From assembly GCA_030704615.1 (NCBI GenBank), contig CM060733.1, positions 43,214,001-43,278,000 of the forward strand: DNA of 64,000 nucleotides, in the 5' to 3' direction. The stretch's first letter is position 1. The number at the start of each line of letters is the position of its first letter. The DNA comes from Takakia lepidozioides (taxonomy: Eukaryota; Plantae; Bryophyta). This document shows positions 24,723 to 37,900 of this stretch, one piece after another. Made by a program: the position numbers and the translations under genes. The notes below the pieces were generated by a model. It was given only the letters and a program-made list of their open reading frames with translations. It was not told the DNA's origin and ran no database searches.

Positions 24723-25078
24723 GATAGAAAACTAAGAACACACTGTTGACATAAGAAACATGAAAACCAACTCCATCACTCATCACTCTTTAAAATAAAA
24801 GTCGAGCCAGGGGCACCCCAAGCTATGGGGACTCCACCCCACAACAACCTATTCTCCCTACATAGCACACTCAGATTCTAAAGCGTGAAGGAGCTCGGTC
24901 GTGCAGGCTCAACTCGAGGAAGATGAGCCGCACGACTGACGCTCTCGTGAAGATAAGACAGTTCAGGTGTCAAACTAAACTTGATACCTGACTTAACACT
25001 TGAACTAAATCCAAGTGTTAAATACAAATAACTAGCTTTATTCTAGTTAGTTTCACACTGTGTTTATTTAACTTGACA
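24723..25078 (-). repeat. A1 5' terminal repeat of copy 2
   Basis: 356 bp, same length as A2 (11595-11950); starts TGTCAAGTTA on the minus strand. Confidence 0.92.
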
Positions 25079-25387
25079 GCGCATTTGCTGCAAGTCACAC
25101 CAACTATCAAACTCTTGGATAAAATCATCCAACTCAATGGTGCCCACTGCCCCATAGTACCTTCGTGGCCCCTTGGTGGCTCCATACATCTCCTCCATCG
25201 TGTCCCACAACAATGGCAAGGAAACAACTTGCACCGCCGGTGTGAGTCCTCCTGATTCACAATCCGAATCAGAACCTTCCGTAGAAGACACAGGAGGTGA
25301 AGGTGGCCTAAACCGCACACCTCGTCTCGTACACCCGCTAGTATCGCTAATGCTCGTACCGGCACTTTCCCCAGCAACTAGTGGCAT
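25079..25387 (-). pseudogene. Gag N-terminus of copy 3
   Basis: ..ELDDFIQEFDSWCDLQQMR joins NPQLFTPFMAWKGLFQHLE at 11503. Confidence 0.85.
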
Positions 25388-27663
25388 CTCCGTGTTGACA
25401 AACTGGCACTCAACCGGTCATGAATCTGTCTCTAACCCCCTCTCCACAAGGTAACCGGGTAGAGAACCTGATGCGGCTTATGGTTTGGAATACTAGGTTC
25501 CTAACATAGCCTGCACCTGCACCTACATCCACCGCAGGCACTCCTATGGTTGGCCGGTCATCACCTCTAACCTCACCACAGGAGAAACAAAGATGGTCTG
25601 ACTGGTCATCAACCCAGCCTCACCATCGACAACATGCTCTAGGGTGGGATCGGCGATCAAGCCCGAGTCCACCACCTATAAAATCAAGCGTCCACACAAA
25701 ACTAGCATGGCGCACAATCAAGCATGTAGGTGTGGAGGGGATCCAAAAAACAAGAATGAAAACAACAACTCCCCCACACCAAAAATCTCTCCACAGTGTC
25801 GCTCCTGCAACCCAGCCTAAACCCGGACTGACTCTTGCCTCCACCTACGGAAAGGTCTCGGCCTACAGAGAAGGTGGAAAGCTACGAGGAAGGGAAGCTA
25901 AAGCAATGCCTATCCCCAGCACGCTCTCGTCCCAACACCCTCTTTTTTCCTCTCTTCTCTTACTTGCATGACCATGAGAGCATCCTGTAGACACTCCTCA
26001 AACCGCCCTCCACGAGCTCATGAAACTTGGCCTCCAAGGCCCTATGCAAGCCTCCACAGGGTCCGCCAGTGCCTCCTTACGTCCACCAGCCATTCCTCCG
26101 AATGGAACCACCTCAGGAAACCACACCGTTCACTGAAGGTTCAAAAATGGAGCAAATAGAGGTACATATAGGCCCCAACAACATTATGTCCAAAGGAATT
26201 ACCTGCAGGCTGGTCTCCCCCATAGTTAAGAACTGGGCTGAAAACCAGAAAAGATTACCTACAGGGAAGTAATCCCCTTTGTTAAAACGCAACAGGGAGG
26301 CAATTCCGACTTTTTTGCCGGATCAGCTAGCTCAAAACCGTTGTTCTTCAGAGCCCAGCCTCCCCATCAAGGTCCCACGAAACGAGTGAATTTTATTTAT
26401 TTATTTTTAATTAATTAATTAATTAATTTTTTTTTTTTTTCACTCTAACTGTTCGCGGCCTTCCGTGGCTCCAACCGCCACGACTCCTCACGGCCCACCC
26501 TAGGCACTCGTTGGCCACGGGCTGCCCAGTGATACCCCGTGGTACCACTCCCACGATCCTTCACGGCCCACCATCCCCCGATCTGGTCACCGTGCCCACC
26601 CGTTGTGTCCGCACCACGACTTCCAACGTCACGGTCAACGGTCACGGTCACCATCACGACCTGGGCTCGTGGTATCTCGTGATACCGCCCCAACGGCCCA
26701 TCACGGCCACTATTCCCTGCGTTCTCTAGAACTCCAACGAGTTCCCATGAGTTCCCGGGCGTTCCTGAGCTGGGGTTTGCTCCAGCACCTGCTGCCGACG
26801 AGTTATGGCTTCTGCGGAGCCATCAGCCCCGTCGCCCTGCACTCCTGAGCTCTCATGGGCCACTAGAAGTGCCTCCAACTCAACAAGCAAGTTATATGCT
26901 GCCCAACAAGCTCCATTTTCTTCATGAAGCTCACAAAAACAAATCTAAAAATACACACATTTACAAATTTGGTGCACCTGCACTTCTCATGCATCTCCCT
27001 TGGCTCTAGGGCGCCTCGTTGTTGCCTTTCCAGCCTCGCTTTTGCCACTCCAAGAGCCCTTACACTGCTGAGTTTCAGATTGAAACTCCAACTCAGCACA
27101 TGCTTTACAAGTGTACTGATTTGCACACAAGAGGGACCAGCCCCCTCTCTTCACTCATATCTCTTCATGAGCTTGGGGCTGCAGCTCCCAACAGGCTGCG
27201 ATGCATCCCCTCGCAGCTCCGCCATTTGGCTGCTCCTCATCTACCTGCAACAACTCGTTTCGAGCAGATACCTGGAGCTGATCATATATCATCTCCAACC
27301 TGCAACATGCTAACTTCCCATGCGCAGCCCACATTTCAGCAGCTCCTTAACTCGGCCTGCGGCTGAAGAAGACGACCATCAGTTCGCCCACTCGTGACCA
27401 GCATTTCCTCCGCTTAACATTAGAAGCCCAAACTTGGTTGCCATAGCGTTGAGCTATGCAACGCCGCTCTTCAACATAGGCTACCCGCCTCTCTATCCAT
27501 GGCAAACCTGCAACATGTTCGCCTTTGCACTCTATCTGCTTTGGATAGGCTCATGCACGGCTCTCTGCACTCTAGGCTGAACCGCTTCTCATGATCTAAA
27601 AACACAAGTGCTACAACTAACTCGAACCTGGCACTCACAGACTCGAGCTGATCTTTCTCGAGT

Positions 27664-27979
27664 GATAAGAAAAGGAATGATACAAGCATACAAGCTCTCT
27701 CAAACTCACACACTCGCACATGAAAACATCACGCATATATTAAGTCGAACCAAGTGCATCCCACGTCATGGGGAATCCACACTACGGCGCCATAGCTAGA
27801 CGCGGTGAGGCTCAACTCGAGAAAGATGAGCCCACCGCGATCTACCGTGAAGATAACAACGGCAGGTGCCCAAACATGTATTGGCCCCTGGATTGACACT
27901 TGGGTCAATCCCAAATGTCAATATATAAAAGCTAATTATTTCCTAGTTAACATCACACTAGTGGTATAATAACTTGACA
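27664..27979 (-). repeat. A1 5' terminal repeat of copy 3
   Basis: 316 bp; its reverse complement matches 1892-2207. Confidence 0.9.
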
Positions 27980-29399
27980 GGTTATAGGTCCCATATTGAA
28001 GCTAGGGACTAATAGACGTGGAGCCTTAGCGTCTGCCAAACAAGGTTAGGGTTGGGGTTTGTGTTTGCGTTTGTTCTTCCTTCTGCTTTCTATTCTCTCT
28101 TGCAAACGAAGGTCGGGCTGGTGAATGCTTGCTTCCCTTCATTTCTGCATCATGCCCTTCGATCACGCTTGCATGTGTCCGTCCTCACATCTCATGCTCG
28201 TGGATTTGATATTACGTTCGCCATCTGTCGTACGCAAAGTTTGATGGTAACTATTCTTATTGTGGTAGAGGAGCTCGACTCTTTTGCCTATCTTTGCCCC
28301 GACTCATCATCTCTGCTGCTCCCCTCTTCCCCATGGGTGATTGCAGCCTACAGTGTCCATTTTTTGCTGTCACAACACTCTTTTTCCCAGACATAGAATA
28401 GTGGTAAATTATCATACTCCTACATGACAATGCCATCAATAAAAATGGACTAATATATAGAGGCTCATCTATATATACTTTCACACTTTTAAATCTCATT
28501 ATCAAAAACCAGAATCTCTAGATGCTATGGACTTTTAAAAAATCCATAAGGAATTGTCACAGTCCATAGAAAAAGACCTTATGGACTTTTTAAATATAGG
28601 AGTTAGAACAAAGTCAAGAAAATGGACTCTCTCAACCTTGCTTTGGAGAATGAGGAATCTGGAATGAAAACTATCATTTAAAAATATGAAATTAAAAAAA
28701 TATTATGTACTATATTGAGCCTAAAAAATAGCTATTTTCATAAAGTCCTTTATGACTAAATTCTTTTGAAATAACAAAACTTCTTTCATTAGACGCATTC
28801 ATTCACTATAAATGCAGAGTTGATTATGATCAAATTTCAAAAAAACATTTGTGAATTGATATTATCGCAATTTAAAAATCTTGATTTTAACAGTCAATAA
28901 TAGACGGTCAAGATTGTCAGTTGAAGCAAATCCGATGGTGAGGATTCGCTACATCCTCCTTTATGTACTCTTTATGTACTCTTTATGTACTCATGATCTG
29001 CCGTTTTTGGTCCACTCTAATCACCCCCATTGGCGTGATGGACAAGTGCAAGGATAGTCGTTCCCTTCTGGAAGAGGAGATAACACTACAGCAAATGGGA
29101 GGGGTTAGCAACCCTAGCCGCGCCCCCACGCCCCGCCCGGCACTCAGCCTGCAATGGCGCCCCCGCGGTGCATTTTTGCGACGCCCCGGCGTCGCAATCC
29201 CCCACTGCGACACCCAGCCGTCACAAGGTGGCATGAAGGGGAAAAGAGGGCCCCTGCTGCGAGGCCCAGCTGTCGCAAGGTGCGTCGCCACGGAGGCTTG
29301 TGACAGTTTTTTTTTGGCTTGCGACGCCGGGACGTCGCAATAACCAAAATTATATATATATTATTTTTATTTTGGCGAATCGTGCAACATCATTATTGG

Positions 29400-30525
29400 A
29401 ATGTCCTAAATAAAGTGGGTCGTCTCGTTCTTGGCGACAAATTCACCGTCCAAACCAAGGTTTACTCAAGCTCCTCATCCTTGAGGACTCTGGATCCAAA
29501 CGAACGAGCTCTATCATTGGCATCTGCCAAAGTTTCCCGTTCTGACCTAGTGCTATCGCTCGACGGTTGACCCTTCTTAGTTGTCGAGATGAAGCGACCA
29601 TCTACATTTAGGACAGATGTGCATCTGCAATGTCCAAACTTGGTTGATGCTTGGAGGGACTTTTCTGGGCCTTTGCCTGCCCCTCGATCTGAGGCTTTGG
29701 CCAGGACTGTTTGCCAGATCTACACTTACCTGGTAAACATGCGTTTGGGCTATGGAATAATTTCATCGTTTGACTTGTCGTATTTTGTACGTCGCGTGGG
29801 GAATACCTTCGAGATATCTAAAGCCATACCCTGTGCAAGTGATAAATTTCTCGGCGCACTTGGCTACGTCTTGAATCTAGCAGCCCATGACCTGCAAGTG
29901 TTTGAAGAGCCAGATCAAGGTAATGGCCTGTTCTGAAGGTAATGGTTTTTTTTTTTCTTTTTTTAATGGCATGTTCTGAAGTATTGTGCAATGTCGATTG
30001 AATGAAAGCATTATTTACTAATAATGTTGCAGGTGTCCAGGTGCTAATGGGGTTGTGTTTTTGTAGGGAAAGAATCTCCTAAAGTCAATTATCAAGACTT
30101 TGGTCAAGATAGTTCAGGGACAATTCCCAGAGCCAGGATACTCATGATTATTCATACACAAGGAAAAAGAAAAGCAAATGATGTGGGACCTCACCCTATG
30201 ACTACTCGGTAAGTGTCATTGTTTGTTTTGAACACTCATGGTAAAGTTGTGAGTCCTGATAGTTAAATGATGTAACAATGGATAGTCATGTGGCATGGTT
30301 TAGCATCCATCTACTATTCATATGATCTGCCAATACAAGGTGCATGTGTTTTCTTACAGGAGCCGCAGCGGGTATGATGGTTTGCGGGAGACTCCTGCAG
30401 AACATTTGCATTTGGAAGCGCATCCCTTTGCGATAGGTTGGAGTGGACGGATCATACGTGGCACATATGAGGGTCACCCTGTTGTAGTGAAACTTGCACC
30501 CTTTGGTTTGGACCGTGTAAAGGTG
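29400..30525 (+). pseudogene. PD-(D/E)xK restriction-endonuclease-like domain followed by protein kinase N-lobe (Crinkler/CR-type architecture); truncated
   Basis: SRSDLVL..*PFLVVEMK..QIYTYL..GYGIISSF..YFVRR fits the REase fold. FAIGWSGRIIRGTYEGHPVVVKL matches kinase subdomains I-II. In-frame TGA at 29568-29570; GT-AG-like introns between the parts. Confidence 0.55.
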
Positions 30526-30679
30526 ATGCTTCTTTTTATGATGGGATCCATCTTTGTGAAAGTTTCATACGCTCACTGCACTGCAATGGGACCCCTGGAT
30601 TGAAAGGCGGGCGTAGTGTTCAATCCTGAACCTTGGATCTACGTAGATCCATGGTGTAGCATTTAATTACTATGTTATT

Positions 30680-31215
30680 GCATCGAAGTGAACGTCATCC
30701 ATTCTGGTTATGACGGGAAGAATAGCCAGGTGGGCTATTCTACTTCAAGAATTTGACTACAAGGTAGTTTACAAGCCTGGAAGGCTTAATGCTCAGGCCA
30801 ATGACCTTTCCTGATTGTCGGAGAAAACATGAGATGAGCCTATTGACGATGATTTTCCGGACGCATTCTTGTTCTCCATAGAGACAGTCCCTCCATGGTA
30901 TGAGCACATTGCTCAATTTTTGAGCACCCTAGAATTTCCCCCAAGAATGGATTGACGTGCGCGACGACGGTTACGACTGCGCAACATGAAGTTTGCTCTT
31001 GTGGGAGGGCAACTTTAAAGAAGGGGATTGGATGGACTCTTGAGGCGATGCGTCACCCCAGAGGAGGTTCCCAAGATTTTAGAGTCTTGTTGTGGATGAC
31101 ACTTTGCCGGGCGGCTCACAATGCAGAAAGCTTTAAGGGCAGGATATTACTGGCCCTCCATGTTCAAAGATGCGCACGTGCATGTGCGGAAATGCGACTC
31201 TTATCAAAAGTTATT
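30680..31215 (+). mobile_element. Degenerate Ty3/Gypsy RNase H-integrase remnant (different family)
   Basis: By-eye translation ILLQEFDYKVVYKPG..IDDDFPDAFLF..PWYEHIAQFL..GYYWPSMFKDA..RKCD. Confidence 0.65.
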
Positions 31216-31489
31216 CCCTAATTTTTTCTTTGATGAATCGATGGATACTCTTGTTTGCAAAAGATAAGGAAAAAGTTGAAGTTCAATGCAGCAAGGTGGA
31301 AGAAGTGATAAGGTATAAAAAAGCTTGGGTATTGTAACACGTTTCTTCCACGTCCTAGTCTACTCACAGATGTTCAGCAGAATGGTGGGTTTTCATGGGT
31401 TGCAGAGGGCATAGATTACCATCCCTGTTTGAGCTGAATCGGTGGCTTAACCCCAATTACGTCATCATTGGCTGGTGTTTTCTGCACCT

Positions 31490-31740
31490 TTTAAGTAATC
31501 AACAGATGCCTCAATGATGTTTGATCAAGTGCATATAATGATGCTAGGATTTACCAAACATGGTAGGAATGCTTTGGAGACATGAGCAGGTGAGACGGAA
31601 AGAGCCGGGAGTCCAACCACATCGAGTCTGTTTGTGCCTGCAATGCATGTGCAAGGCTTGAAGCCCTGGAAAATGGGCAAAGAGTTCCATAGTGAGATTT
31701 TCCAAGCGGGCATTTGTACCAGATGTCATCCTGAGCACTT
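31490..31740 (+). pseudogene. Small PPR remnant
   Basis: Frameshifted NIMMLGFTKHG..NACA..LENGQR..AGI fragments. Confidence 0.55.
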
Positions 31741-31988
31741 ATTCTTAGCTATAATAACAGAATCTACAGATTTAGTACATGTTTTGCTAGGGCATGTCAA
31801 CACATCATGGACTATTATGCTTTTCTGGATTGTTCTCTCCTCTTTGAAATTTTAGTCATTGCACAGACACATCACCAACTCTACTCCAGTCCAGAGTTCT
31901 CCCTCTTTTTCTGGATTTGTTTGTTATGGAAACAACGACTTGATACTAGTATTAGCAATATACTAGTATGTCCTGGCACTTTTTACCA

Positions 31989-34900
31989 CTACCGACCCTG
32001 AGCATATGCAATTGGATTGACATCTGATTCCTGGTCTGAACTCACTGGGCGTTGCAGCTTCTGGAAAGTCAACTTGTGCTGTGGGAGTGTAGTACCAGGA
32101 ATGACCTCGGTGTCCACCACAACTGTATCTTCTTCCCTAAACTCTCCCTTTAAGATCCCCCTTGCAAGCTCATTTTCTATATATTGTTGAATAACCCTCT
32201 TGACAGGTCGTGCTCCATAGTTTGGGTCATAACCCATTTCACCTAGTAACTGAATCGCACTTTCACTCACCCGGAGAATGATCTTACGGTCAGTCAGTCT
32301 CTTCTGTACCCTTTCCACCTGCAGAAAGTACACCAGCATCATATAATCAGCCAATTCCAACAATCGAAAGAACTGCATGGAGTAGGAAAGTTAAAGAATG
32401 AATTGCATCAATTGTTCTTACCCAAGCACAATTTGCACAGGTCTCTAACTGTTATAAATGGGCAAGATCTCTCACAACCATGGTGGATCGGAGTCCAGAC
32501 AGCTGAGCCTCATGCCAAGCAGCATGTGGAGGTACTCACAGTTGGAAACAATTGATAGGAAAACAGTTTGATTCATAACATACGGATTGTGACAACCACT
32601 GATAGAAAACGAGTGGAGTTTATTGAATCAAAATCAACCCTCCTGCCCATCCCAAAACATGAGAAAGATACATATGACCAGACAACCAGGGAAAACAAGC
32701 AAATGCCATGATCAGCACAGCCGAGAGACGATACTGCCAGAACTAATGATGAGGGAGATAGTCCTGCTTACTTGCCACTTTATGCCATTTCATCACAATA
32801 AGAGATAAAAATCAAGTTAAACAAGCACAACTCATCAAGAAGGTGAAGGTAACTTGCATACCTGAAGTGTCACAATTTTGCTTATTTGCTCACGGTCAAG
32901 GGGTTGAAACACAATATATTCATCTATCCGATTCATGAACTCGGGGCGAAACGTCATTCTTGCTGCCTCCATAACCCGAGCTCTCATAGCCTCGTAAATC
33001 ACCTCTTTGCTGTTGCCAGTGGAGTTGGCATTCAACACATATTGAGACCCCACATTGGAAGTCATGATTATTACTGTGTTGGTGAAACTAACAGTCCGGC
33101 CCTGTGAATCTGTAACCCGTCCATCATCCAAAATTTGTAGGAAGATATTGAAAACATCTGAATGAGCTTTCTCAATCTCATCAAACAAAAGAACGGAATA
33201 GGGTCGCCGACGGACCGACTCGGTTAATTGCCCACCCTCTTCATAACCTACATACCCAGGAGGTGCTCCAATGAGTCGTGAAACTGCATGCTTTTCCATG
33301 TATTCACTCATATCTATTCTGACTAAGGCTTCTTCTGTGTTGAAAAGGTAAGATGCCAATGCCTTAGCAAGTTCTGTCTTGCCCACTCCAGTAGGACCCA
33401 TAAACATGAAGCTAGCAATTGGCCGATTCGGATCAGAGAGTCCTGCCCTTGACCGTTGGATTGCTTCGGCAATAGATTTCACAGCAGGATCTTGTCCAAC
33501 GACACGTTTATGGAGTTCATCATCAAGATGTAAGAGTTTTTCTCTCTCAGACTGTTGTAATTTCGAGATGGGAATCCCTGTCCATTTGCTCACAATTTCA
33601 GCTATATCACTTCCAGTAACTTCTTCCCGAAGCATTGACTTGCCACTGTTCTGGTATTCTGTCAAAGCCTGATCGGCAGCTTCCAGCTGCCGCTGCAGGG
33701 TCATTAGACTGCCGTACTTCAGCTCAGCAGCACGGTTCAAGTCATAATCACGCTCTGCTTGTTGTATCTCCAAATTCACTCTATCCACCTGTACACACCC
33801 ATTAAGTGAGTTATATTATGGGAGATTTTGATGGATTCACAGATCCATCGCAATCCAGAATCACACAAGTGCACAAGAAAGCACAGATGGAGCTATTATG
33901 ACTTGTCAGACAATTTCCATGGCCAAATACTGTGATGGCAGTAACTTAACATGTGATGCAGACAAATAGTATTATACTCGAGCGCAAAAGGAAGAAATAC
34001 AATGTTGACTGCACAATAAGGACTGGACGTGTTAAAATGGATAAAAACACATCATAGTACCTCCTCTTTGATTGACTGAATGCGAGTCATGACTGACTTC
34101 TCATGTTCCCACTGATCAGTTAGCTCTTTCTGCTGCGTCTTCAACAACTCCAGTTCTGTTACTAGGCGATCTAGGCGGTCACGTGATGCTTTGTCTGTGT
34201 CATTCTTCAGTGAAAGCCTCTCCATTTCTAATTTGAGTACAGACCGATCAATCTCGTCTAGCGCTGTGGGCTTTGAAGTGATCTCCATCTTTAGCTTTGC
34301 CGCAGCTTCATCTACCAGATCAATAGCTGTGAAATAATAAACCTCAAGTTAGCCCATCTTCGAAGGGGAAAAAGCAACATAGAGAGGCAAATATTTATGT
34401 CCATAGGAGGCCTGAAGGGCCTATTGAACTGACAAGAACAACATCCAAGAGGAGCGAGATAGAACCTTTATCAGGGAGAAACCGGTCGCTGATATAGCGG
34501 TCTGCTAGCATAGCAGATTCTACCAAGGCACTGTCGGAAATTCGAACGCCATGATGCAGCTCATACCGCTCACGAAGCCCCCGAAGAATGGAGATCGTAT
34601 CTTCTACAGATGGTTGGTCTACATACACTTGTTGAAAGCGTCGTTCTAAGGCAGCATCCTTTTCTATGTATTTTCGGTATTCATCAAGTGTAGTTGCGCC
34701 AATGCACCGCAGTTCTCCGCGCCCTAACATAGGTTTTAAGAGGTTCCCAGCATCCATAGCACCATTTGTTGCACCTGGAATGCTCACAACACTCTAATTA
34801 TGAGAACTGAATTATTGAAACTACTGGCACTGGAGAAGTAAGGAGTCCTTACCAAACATGACTCAACACCTCAAACAAATCACACATGTATCCAGGCCAT

Positions 34901-37900
34901 CCTAATGCTACCTCATCATTTTGAGGGAGAAACACAACACTCGTATCCTGTTTGACAATATTCGTGAATAGAGGATCACTAAGAAGTAGAGCTACACATG
35001 AACCTACTACATAAACAGAAAGAGATATACCCATAAGACTTCGCTTGCAGCATAATGCGAAGGATGGATTCCATCACCAGTTTGGAAAGGACAGTCAGGG
35101 GAGGAGAGAGAGGGGTAGGAGGCTTTAGTGTCACTGAAGGCTGACTCTCGGGACTGGAGTACCAGGCACACAAGTTGCCTTTTAGGCACTTGCTGTTCAA
35201 GGGTAAGCACCTATGACTAAGACATTCAACACGAAAGGTCTCTTCAGCTACTATGCATCCCACTTATGCTTCACGAATTGAGAGGAAAAGGTGAAACCGC
35301 TTTTTCATCAGCAGCAGAGTGTATGTTAGGAACATCAATAGAACTTTCATTGCCAGGAAGAGAGGGAGGGGAATACCAGCACCAACCACCGTATGGATCT
35401 CATCAATGAACAAAATGATTTGACCATCAGAATCAGTGACTTCCTTCAGCACTGCTTTTAATCGATCCTCGAACTCCCCCCGGAACTTGGCACCCGCTAT
35501 CAATGCCCCCATGTCCAGAGATATCAACTGCAGTACATTTTCTGATCTCAGCGTAATTCATCTTCCACAGGTTTTATTGCCACAAGGCAAACAAATCTTG
35601 ATCAGATACCCTCCATTGCACTTATTGACATACATCAAAACATCCATGATTGTGTTTAGACACAACACTCTCTATGATGTAAATTCTGAAGAACCACCAA
35701 TGCCAGATGAATGCCAAGTGCCAGGCAGATCAGTACAAACCTTGCGGTTAATGAGAGCTTGGGGAACATCTCCTTGTACAATACGCTGGGCCAGCCTGCT
35801 CATCCACACGAACTGGAAGTCAGTTAATGAAAAACATCACTTATATGTGGGTTCAGATTTGTAACAACTATGGTGCTGTGGAATGTGTTGTTATACATCA
35901 TAAATGTAGAGGGGTCTGTGGTCACCCTACAGCAAGGACATTCTTGAGAGTATACTCATGCTGACAGTTCCAGACGGGTCAACCTCAAAAAGTATTGGGT
36001 CTGTTTAAGGACACACACCCTTCAGAAATTGCAGTTTTGCCTACACCTGGCTCGCCAATGAGCACTGGATTATTCTTTGTTCTTCTTGACAAGATTTGAA
36101 TAGCGCGTCGGATTTCATCATCACGGCCTATAACTGGATCTAATTTTCCTTGACGTGCCATCTCTGTCAGATCTTTGCCATATTTTTCCAGTGCTTCGTA
36201 TTTGCCCTCTGGATCTGAGCCGGCCATCCACACCACCCAAAAAACAATATTGACACATAAGCTATGGCCAAGCATGCTTCGCTCACCCTCTCTCTCTCTG
36301 GCCCTGGCTATGGCAAACATGAGTACATTCTCTCTCTGGTCCTGTGGGCTTCTCATTGCTGGGCAGCTCACGCACAGCCGATTGATGCTTGTGTCAAGGG
36401 CTTTGTAGAGGATATCTGGAAAGCCCATATTGATTGCTTATACCAATGTCACGGAGTGACCTCACAGATAGTGTCTTGTTCTGTCAAACTGGGCACAGGG
36501 TCGATGGCCACAGGGCTATGGCAATTGACATCTCATGAGTACATTGTCTCTCTAGATAAGAATGGTGCTGTCATACCAAGACTACTACAGCAGATCCCAT
36601 CAGAACTCTTTACTTCAAGTGCCTTTCGACTGCAAAAGCACTGGGCTGGGGGACCTACCCAGAAGTCCCCATGCTCCACCCACTGTTTAGAAACTAGGTG
36701 CAGGTCTACGGCCACAAGGCTAAGGCAATCAACCTCTCATACATTCTCTCAAATAAGAGTTATTGCTGGGCTATACAGGAGTGAATAGAACGCACATAGA
36801 ACAATTTTGGTAGAAGTAGCACAAGGGATATAGAATACCCTGGTCAGTGACCTTCTGGGAGCCTCGAATGGCTTCAATGGCAGCATTCAAACTTTTGGCT
36901 GACAACTGGAACTCCTTGAAAACTTGCTGTCCGAAACGTTTGTCTTGGACAAATCCAAGCACCAAATGTTCCACAGAAACAAATGAATCACCATATTCCT
37001 TCTTGTGGCCACGGGCCCTGTCTATTAAGGCCTCCAAATCACGACCCAACATCGATCCACTTGTATCCCCTGTAACCTGGGGAACATCAGGCACTTCATG
37101 TCATAAAATAACTGCTAGTTTCCAAATTGTTCCAAATGGAAGCACAAGACCAAATTACCAAGACACACCTCCCAGCAAGACCAAGCTTCACCTAATAAAA
37201 TCTAAACGACATACAAGCAAAACAAAAGAATAGAAAACGGAATGACCAAATTTTTTTTTTGGCATGTCTACCAATAATTTCCAACTTGTGCAACTCCATC
37301 TCAACACAATCACCATTTGATGTGCAATCACCATTTGATGTACAATCAAATCCCTATACTTGTCTTGCAAACCTGGGGCTCTAACCTCCAAACTTCAACC
37401 AAGCACTAAGAAGGCGCATTCTGACAAGCACATTCCACTGTGTCACATATGGCTTCATCAAATGCTATCTCTTTCTAGCTTTCCAAAGTTATTTAAGAAC
37501 CTTCGGTTGGCGCTGAATAAACCGGTCAGTTGATTGCAGAAGAGATGTGTTGTCAACTCCTGCTTTGGCAAAGATTCGCCGTGCTAGCCCATTTCGTTGC
37601 TCCAGCAAAGCCTTCATCAAATGTTCTGTCTCTACAATTTGCTGCTTGCTTTCTTTGGCAACTTCCGGTGAGGCTACAATAGCCTGCCAAGCCATCTCTG
37701 TGAATTCTCCTTGATTTATCTGCACATCCAAATACCATGTTGGCAAAGTTTCCATGTTCTGGCTTTGACTGTGGGCCAAACTCAACTTAAGAGAAAAATC
37801 CTGCCGCAAGTTCCCCTTATGTTTCATAGTATGAACTATCTTGTTCCCCTTTCTCCTTACTAACCTTGCGGTAGCCACTACCAGCCACATTCGCTTTCAG

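Larger units (their letters stand above)
11508..25078 (-). mobile_element. Copy 2, with both ends: Gypsy-like retrotransposon with split direct repeats, DNMT and PHD; 4-bp TSD GCGC
   Basis: Ends TGTC..GACA; GCGC at 11504-11507 and 25079-25082. A1 24723-25078, B1 11953-12039, A2 11595-11950, B2 11508-11594. Excision restores CAA ATG CGC AAT CCA (QMRNP) in the host gag. Confidence 0.9.
8760..27979 (-). mobile_element. Host copy (copy 3) of the split-repeat Gypsy-like family; 3'-truncated and interrupted by 11508-25078
   Basis: A1 repeat 27979-27664 starts TGTCAAG and is followed by a long leader. Gag 25387-25079 continues in frame at 11503. CCHC knuckle near 10600, protease RVLLDSGAQP near 9460-9490, and the pre-methyltransferase motif WQCPDEGIC near 8770-8795, then a break. 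Confidence 0.85.

Noticed and set aside
11508-25078. Calling the element a DIRS/PAT/Ngaro tyrosine-recombinase retrotransposon
   Set aside because: No R-H-R-Y recombinase ORF was seen. It has protease, H2C2-DDE integrase, TG..CA ends and a 4-bp TSD, and the flanks of other copies do not share the junction GC.
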